This document shows positions 58,713 through 64,000 of a stretch of DNA of 64,000 nucleotides, piece after piece; within the stretch, counting starts at the first letter, position 1, and every line of letters begins with the position of its first letter. The translations under genes were made by a program, and so were the position numbers. The stretch spans positions 62,001 through 126,000 of the IMG/VR virus record IMGVR_UViG_3300008111_000002, one strand, 5' to 3'. The notes below the pieces were generated by a model. It searched no databases and was not told the origin of the DNA. It saw only the letters and a list, made by a program, of their open reading frames with translations.

Positions 58713-58729
58713 GTTAAAAGGAAGAAGTC

Positions 58730-60223
58730 ATGTCAGATATCGGTAGAATTTCCGGCCCCATGCTTGCAGACAACCTGCTTAGACAGGATGTTGATCTCGC
58801 CTTTGATACAGACTTATTATATCTTGACGTAGGTCTTAATAGCGGTGCGGGAGGCATTGGTATCAATACCGATGCTTTCAGTAGAACTCTACAAATAGAT
58901 GGTAAAACTCGTACAGTTGAATTAATTGCTCCTCGTGCCACATTAGAAGGCATTATTGTTGAAAATGATCAATTAAAAACAATCAACGGACCGTTATATC
59001 TGCAAGCGGCCGGGGGACAAAATGGTGTTATCCTTATAGATCGAAATGAAACAGATGATCTATATTTTGATGGTAATGTCATTGGCTCAAAAAATAGTAA
59101 CGTTAATATTAATCTAGATCCATCCGGAACTGGCGATGTTAATTTTTATCAGCAATTGGATATTAACGGAAATCTATATCTATCTGGTAATATATTAGTT
59201 GACGGAGATGTATCTATAGGCGGCCAAATTGCTATTGGTGCGGATCCTAATGATACTGTAGCAATTAATCCGGTATTTTCACAAAACTTAAATCCATCTA
59301 CTACAGGAACTTATTCTTTAGGAATTCCAAATTTTAGATGGCGAACAGCATATCTTTCAGATTATATAGATTTAGAAAATATTAGAATTGAAGCCAACAC
59401 TATTAAAACTACTATCTCTAATTCTAACTTAGAATTATCTGGTAGTGCGACCGGCGGCGTTTTAGCAGAACAAATACGATTCACCAATAATGTAATTTCG
59501 AATAATGTTGGAACAACTGTAGTTTTTAATCCAACTGTTGTATTTGATAAAACTAACGCAATATTAGTACCTGTAGGCACTACTGGAGATCGATCATCAC
59601 TGAATGACGGAGAGTTTAGATTTAATTCTACAAAAAATAATTTTGAAGGGTTTGGTGGAACAGTTGTGGGATTTACTCAAGTTTCTGATCTTGACGGAAA
59701 CACACGAGTCTACATTGATGACATAAAATCTGTTAACAGTAATGTTATTAAATTTCAAATTAGTGGAGCAATAAAAACCACAATCGATCAAACAAAAATC
59801 AATGCAACCAAAATTTCTGTAAATGACACACTGTCGATTGAATCAACAGTTAGTAAAATCAGTACATCAGTACTTAACGGTGATATTAGGATCGAAGCGC
59901 AAGGTACTGGAGATTTAAGTGTTGAACAATTTAAATTTAGCGGCGACACAATTTTCAGCACCAATCAAAACATACTTTTAAATACTGTAGGCCGAGGGTA
60001 TTTTAAAATTGCTGGAACCAATGCGCTAGCTATTCCCAACGGTCCAACTATTACAACAGCCCCACCGGGTACTCAAACTGGCGACTTCCGTTTAAATACC
60101 GACACCGGTAATTTAGAAGTATTCAACGGAACCGAGTATGCTCTTATAATTGGACCAAGTTCGACTGTTACTCAAACTCAACTTGAAGAAATCATTGATC
60201 TTTACACCATCATCTTTGGTTAA
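58730..60223 (+). CDS. Virion fibre-like structural protein
   Basis: 497 aa; 'GRISGPML..NLLR..VDLAF.TDLL' N-terminus; repeated 'N.N..L.A.GTG' units. Confidence 0.75.
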   Translation: MSDIGRISGPMLADNLLRQDVDLAFDTDLLYLDVGLNSGAGGIGINTDAFSRTLQIDGKTRTVELIAPRATLEGIIVENDQLKTINGPLYLQAAGGQNGVILIDRNETDDLYFDGNVIGSKNSNVNINLDPSGTGDVNFYQQLDINGNLYLSGNILVDGDVSIGGQIAIGADPNDTVAINPVFSQNLNPSTTGTYSLGIPNFRWRTAYLSDYIDLENIRIEANTIKTTISNSNLELSGSATGGVLAEQIRFTNNVISNNVGTTVVFNPTVVFDKTNAILVPVGTTGDRSSLNDGEFRFNSTKNNFEGFGGTVVGFTQVSDLDGNTRVYIDDIKSVNSNVIKFQISGAIKTTIDQTKINATKISVNDTLSIESTVSKISTSVLNGDIRIEAQGTGDLSVEQFKFSGDTIFSTNQNILLNTVGRGYFKIAGTNALAIPNGPTITTAPPGTQTGDFRLNTDTGNLEVFNGTEYALIIGPSSTVTQTQLEEIIDLYTIIFG

Positions 60224-60235
60224 ATCCAATTTTGA

Positions 60236-60242
60236 ATAAATA
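60236..60242 (+). promoter_or_regulatory. Late promoter ATAAATA
   Basis: Precedes a 100-nt leader of the 60343 gene. Confidence 0.6.
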
Positions 60243-60248
60243 AACTAG

Positions 60249-60342
60249 TACAAGCGTAGACCAAATGCTTGTGTAATCAAACTGTGGTAAACCCGCAATG
60301 TAAGGTGGTTAACCGTGAAACACGGGGTATTGAGGAGAGCTA
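60249..60342 (+). promoter_or_regulatory. Structured 5' leader (three hairpins plus possible pseudoknot)
   Basis: ACAAGC/GCTTGT 60250-72, TGTGG/CCGCA 60283-97, CCGTG-AAA-CACGG 60313-25; loop GACCA 60259-63 can pair with TGGTT 60306-10. Confidence 0.55.
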
Positions 60343-61854
60343 ATGGCTGTTGGTCGTATTTCCGGTCCGCTCTTAAAGGCAAATTTGCTTCGTAACGGAG
60401 TAGATCTGGCTTTTGAGACCGATCTATTATTCTTAAAAGTGGCATCACCCACTAATGCAACTCCAAGAGTGGGCATCAACACGAATAATCCTCAATACGA
60501 TTTAGATGTTGCAGGTACTACACGTACCATAGATTTAGAAGTTGTTAACGAATCAAGAATAGCTAATCTAATTTTCAATGGCAACAATTTAAGTTCAACT
60601 ACAAACACTTTATCGTTGTTACCTGCTAACAATGACTTTACTGTTTATCAATCTAAGATTCAAGTTGATGATCTAGTAATTCAAAATAATCAAATTTCAA
60701 CTGCTGTTTCAAATTCAAATTTACAGTTTAGACCAAATGGTACTGGTAAAGTTGAAGTATTTTCTGATGCTAATGTATATGGTAATTTATATACAACAGG
60801 AAATATTACAGCAGACGGTAATATTAATATTGGTGGTAATATTACAATTGGTGATGAAGCAACAGATACCATTTCTATCGTTGCAGGTATTACCAGCAAT
60901 TTAAGACCAGAAACTACGGATACTTATACGCTAGGAACTCCGCAATTAAGATGGAAAAATCTTAATGCTAATAATATATTACTATCTGATATTGAAATAT
61001 TCGATAATGTTATTAGAACAATTACTTCAAACGCTAATTTAGAACTTAAAGCCAACGGTACCGGTGCTATAAGATTAGAAAAAATAGATATTAATGAAAA
61101 TGTAATTTCTACATGGGACAACAACGAAGATTTACTAATACGTCCTAACGGATCTGGGGTAGTTAGATTTGATACAACTCAAGCAATTACATTACCAAAA
61201 GGAACAATTGCTCAAAGACCATTCCCCGCTAGTCCGGGCATGATTAGATATAATACGGAAACTAGCAAATATGAAGGGTATGACGGATCAGCATGGTATG
61301 GATTATCGGGCGTAGAAGATGCCGACGGTAATACTAAAATTACAGCAGAACTAACACCGGGTGCAAATGACAATACTATTAGATTTTATGCAAATGGTTC
61401 GTTAGTTGCGGATATGAATACAACTAGATTTGACATTAAAAATTCGTTAACTGTCGGTAATATTAGTATTCAAGGTAATTTAATTACAACAACTGTAACT
61501 AATGAAAATTTCACTATTGAGGCCAACGGTACTGGCGCAGTTAGATTAGCAAATTTTGCATTTAATAACAATACTATTACAAACACTGTAAATGATGCAG
61601 TAAGTTTATTACAGCCAACAGGAAATGGATATTTTAAATTTCAAGGCACCAACGGATTTGTATTACCAGTTGGTACTAACTTAGAAAGGCCAACAGCATA
61701 TGCAGTAGTTGGTATGACTCGTTTTAACACCGATACTCAAGTTGTTGAAGTTTGGAACGGTTTACAATGGCAAAATCCATCCGGCGCTCAGGGTGCTATT
61801 ACTGAACAAACAGCAATTGACGTTGCAATTGAGAAAGTTATACAACTAGGATAA
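60343..61854 (+). CDS. Virion fibre-like structural protein, paralog of 58730-60223
   Basis: 503 aa; same N-terminus and repeat architecture. Confidence 0.75.
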   Translation: MAVGRISGPLLKANLLRNGVDLAFETDLLFLKVASPTNATPRVGINTNNPQYDLDVAGTTRTIDLEVVNESRIANLIFNGNNLSSTTNTLSLLPANNDFTVYQSKIQVDDLVIQNNQISTAVSNSNLQFRPNGTGKVEVFSDANVYGNLYTTGNITADGNINIGGNITIGDEATDTISIVAGITSNLRPETTDTYTLGTPQLRWKNLNANNILLSDIEIFDNVIRTITSNANLELKANGTGAIRLEKIDINENVISTWDNNEDLLIRPNGSGVVRFDTTQAITLPKGTIAQRPFPASPGMIRYNTETSKYEGYDGSAWYGLSGVEDADGNTKITAELTPGANDNTIRFYANGSLVADMNTTRFDIKNSLTVGNISIQGNLITTTVTNENFTIEANGTGAVRLANFAFNNNTITNTVNDAVSLLQPTGNGYFKFQGTNGFVLPVGTNLERPTAYAVVGMTRFNTDTQVVEVWNGLQWQNPSGAQGAITEQTAIDVAIEKVIQLG

Positions 61855-61857
61855 AAA

Positions 61858-62187
61858 ATGGCAACAGCATTTAAAAATACAGTTATACCAGAAATCGGAA
61901 CAACACCAACACAAGTTATTCAAACGGGAGCTTCTGCTAGAGTTACAATTATTGGATTTAGTATGACCAATTTGTTAGAGGAAGCAGTTCAGGTTAGTGT
62001 GTTAATGACAGATACATCTAGTACTACAGCATACTTTATTAAAGAAACAATTATTCCACCGTTTCAAACGTTAAGAGCAATCAATGGTGGAGAAAAATTA
62101 ATTTTAATGAGCGATAACGAAATGAAAGTTGTCAGTACAAAACCAGATTCTGTTGACGTTGTTGTAAGTTACGTAGAAATTACATAA
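61858..62187 (+). CDS. Small virion protein, distant paralog of 57582-58166
   Basis: 109 aa; 'IK...IP...TL....EK.IL...D' pattern. Confidence 0.65.
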   Translation: MATAFKNTVIPEIGTTPTQVIQTGASARVTIIGFSMTNLLEEAVQVSVLMTDTSSTTAYFIKETIIPPFQTLRAINGGEKLILMSDNEMKVVSTKPDSVDVVVSYVEIT

Positions 62188-62199
62188 GGAATTATAAAA

Positions 62200-62574
62200 A
62201 TGAGTCAAACATATTACGTTGGCGCACCAGATCTAGGCTCAATGCTTGGTGAAGGTAATATTAGATATTTTTACGGACTTCGTCGCGATGCAGAAGGTAA
62301 CATTTTTTTAAGTAAAGTTGACCAGGTCTTGGGAGACGATATAGTTCCTATTAATGTTGCCGGACCGTTTGACGAAAATTTTAATGATTTTGAATTTGGT
62401 GTTGATTTTTTTGATGGTACATTAGAAGATAAAACAAAACCATACCCAAATTTATATTTTGATCAATATAAGTGGGACGAGCGTAACATTTATTATTATA
62501 TCAATGAGAATGGTGAACTAGTAGCACGTATCAATAAAAAATACGATTATAGTTTAGTAGATGTTGGACAATAA
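62200..62574 (+). CDS. Hypothetical virion-module protein
   Basis: 124 aa, co-oriented, SD AAGGAA. Confidence 0.7.
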   Translation: MSQTYYVGAPDLGSMLGEGNIRYFYGLRRDAEGNIFLSKVDQVLGDDIVPINVAGPFDENFNDFEFGVDFFDGTLEDKTKPYPNLYFDQYKWDERNIYYYINENGELVARINKKYDYSLVDVGQ

Positions 62575-62577
62575 ATA
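62571..62577 (+). promoter_or_regulatory. Late promoter ATAAATA
   Basis: About 21 nt upstream of the ATG at 62599. Confidence 0.55.
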
Positions 62578-62598
62578 TAAAATTAACGAGGATTAACC

Positions 62599-64000
62599 AT
62601 GGCAGAGTTTAAATTAGGTAGATTGCGTTTTGTATGGAAGAATACATGGACAACATCTACTGCATATGTTAAAGACGATATTGTAAGATATGGTGGCAAG
62701 GCTTATGTGTGCGTATCAAGTCACACATCATCTGCAACCGTAGCAGGGGGCTTTTATAGCGATTTATCCACTAGATGGCAGTTAATGAATGACGGTATTC
62801 AGTGGGCACAAGCGTGGGCGACCAGTACATATTATAAAGTTGCCGACGTAGTCAAGTACGGAGGCCGCGCTTATATTTGTATTACTGGTCACACTTCTGC
62901 TGCTACCGCTGCACTGGGACTAGAACAAAACTCTGCCAACTGGGAAGTTTTAGTAGACGGTATTGCATTTGGCGGTGCATGGTCTTCTGCTGTAAGATAT
63001 AAAGTTAACGATGTTGTTAGTTATGGCGGACAGTTATACATCTGTAATTTACATCACACTAGTACATCAACATTTGATGTAGCTAAGTTCACATTATTTG
63101 CGTCTGGTCTACAATTTGAAGGAGCATATGCTGGAGGCACTTCATATCAACCAGGTGACGTTGTAACATACGGTTCAAACTCATATGTAGCAGTACAGAC
63201 CACATTAGGGAATTTGCCAACTGATCCAGTATACTGGACTGCAATCACAACCGGTGTTCAATTTAGAGGTGCTTACGCAGGAGGGACTGCATATAGAAAA
63301 GGTGATATTGTTAGTTTTGGAGCACATACGTTCGTTGCCAAACAAGATACCACAGGCAATGCTCCAAGTAATGCAACTTTCTGGGATACGCTTAATACTG
63401 GCTCTAAATTTAGCGGCACTTATGCCGGCGGAACAACTTATAATATTGGGGAAGTTGTTCAATACGGCGGATACCAATATATTGCAAAACAAACCACTAC
63501 AGGAAATCTTCCAACTAATGCAACCTATTGGGATGTACTAGTTAAAGGTTATACTTACGTTGGTACTTACAGTACTGCCGGTACTTATAAACCAGGTGAA
63601 TTAGTTGATTATGGTGGTAGTATCTATGCAGCCAAAGTTGATGTAGCAATTAATCAAGAACCATCAGATAATACCAAATGGGATTTATTTGCCAAAGGAT
63701 TCCAGTTTAGAGGAATATGGACAGGAGCTCCAGCACATCCGTATGTTCCAGGAGATTTAGTAAAATACGGCGGACATGTATATGTTAATATTTTAACAGC
63801 AACAAACCAAGTTCCGACAAATGCCACATATTGGACAAAATTTGTCGACGGTTTATCGTTTGTGGGAAATTACGCAAACGCTACAGCTTACAAACCAGGC
63901 GAAGCTGTTAGATACGGTGGTCGTGTTTATCTTTGTATCCTAGCGCACACATCAGATAACGCAACCAATATTGAACCACCAAATGCTACATACTGGGAAC
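62599..64000 (+). CDS. Large virion protein with tandem CBM5/12-like repeats (runs off the right edge; not in the ORF track)
   Basis: GAGG SD then MAEFKLGRLRFVWKNTWTTSTAYVKDDIVRYGGKAYVCVSSHTS...; repeated 'W...T.Y...D.V.YGG..Y.C...HTS' units, open to 64000. Confidence 0.85.
   Translation, partial: MAEFKLGRLRFVWKNTWTTSTAYVKDDIVRYGGKAYVCVSSHTSSATVAGGFYSDLSTRWQLMNDGIQWAQAWATSTYYKVADVVKYGGRAYICITGHTSAATAALGLEQNSANWEVLVDGIAFGGAWSSAVRYKVNDVVSYGGQLYICNLHHTSTSTFDVAKFTLFASGLQFEGAYAGGTSYQPGDVVTYGSNSYVAVQTTLGNLPTDPVYWTAITTGVQFRGAYAGGTAYRKGDIVSFGAHTFVAKQDTTGNAPSNATFWDTLNTGSKFSGTYAGGTTYNIGEVVQYGGYQYIAKQTTTGNLPTNATYWDVLVKGYTYVGTYSTAGTYKPGELVDYGGSIYAAKVDVAINQEPSDNTKWDLFAKGFQFRGIWTGAPAHPYVPGDLVKYGGHVYVNILTATNQVPTNATYWTKFVDGLSFVGNYANATAYKPGEAVRYGGRVYLCILAHTSDNATNIEPPNATYWE

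Noticed and set aside
507-63541. Numerous short antisense or alternate-frame ORFs in the track (e.g. 507-818, 52117-52554, 53562-53831, 63205-63492)
   Set aside because: They lie wholly within well-supported genes, lack SD and motifs, and look like shadow ORFs.
1-64000. Stop-codon reassignment as seen in some large phages
   Set aside because: Long intact ORFs under the standard code, with TAG and TGA used as real stops (e.g. 45475, 210).

Overview
AT-rich 64-kb segment of a large T4-like myovirus (Caudoviricetes), standard genetic code, with no host genes, tRNAs or CRISPR seen. The left arm (1-38.5 kb, minus strand) is a baseplate/tail-fibre module: tube-initiator-like, gp53-, hub-, gp5-, gp25- and gp6-like genes, a 4631-aa wedge-like protein and four paralogous fibres. 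A cluster of DxD glycosyltransferase-like genes follows it. The middle holds late sigma factor gp55, gp47/gp46, a small basic protein and a minimal GIY-YIG nuclease, then about 500 bp of densely structured non-coding sequence. Next come putative internal head proteins, a gp26-like gene with an apparent -1 programmed frameshift, the tape measure gene, the head module (gp20, gp67-like, gp21, gp22, gp23) and more virion genes, the last running off the window. A T4-type late promoter (ATAAATA) precedes most structural transcription units. Most notable: (i) a candidate large structured ncRNA directly behind the GIY-YIG gene; (ii) two structured late-gene leaders sharing two short motifs whose complements lie at the 5' end of that RNA; (iii) a G/GT-type frameshift extending the gp26-like protein. 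All family calls come from motif recognition by eye, not database searches.
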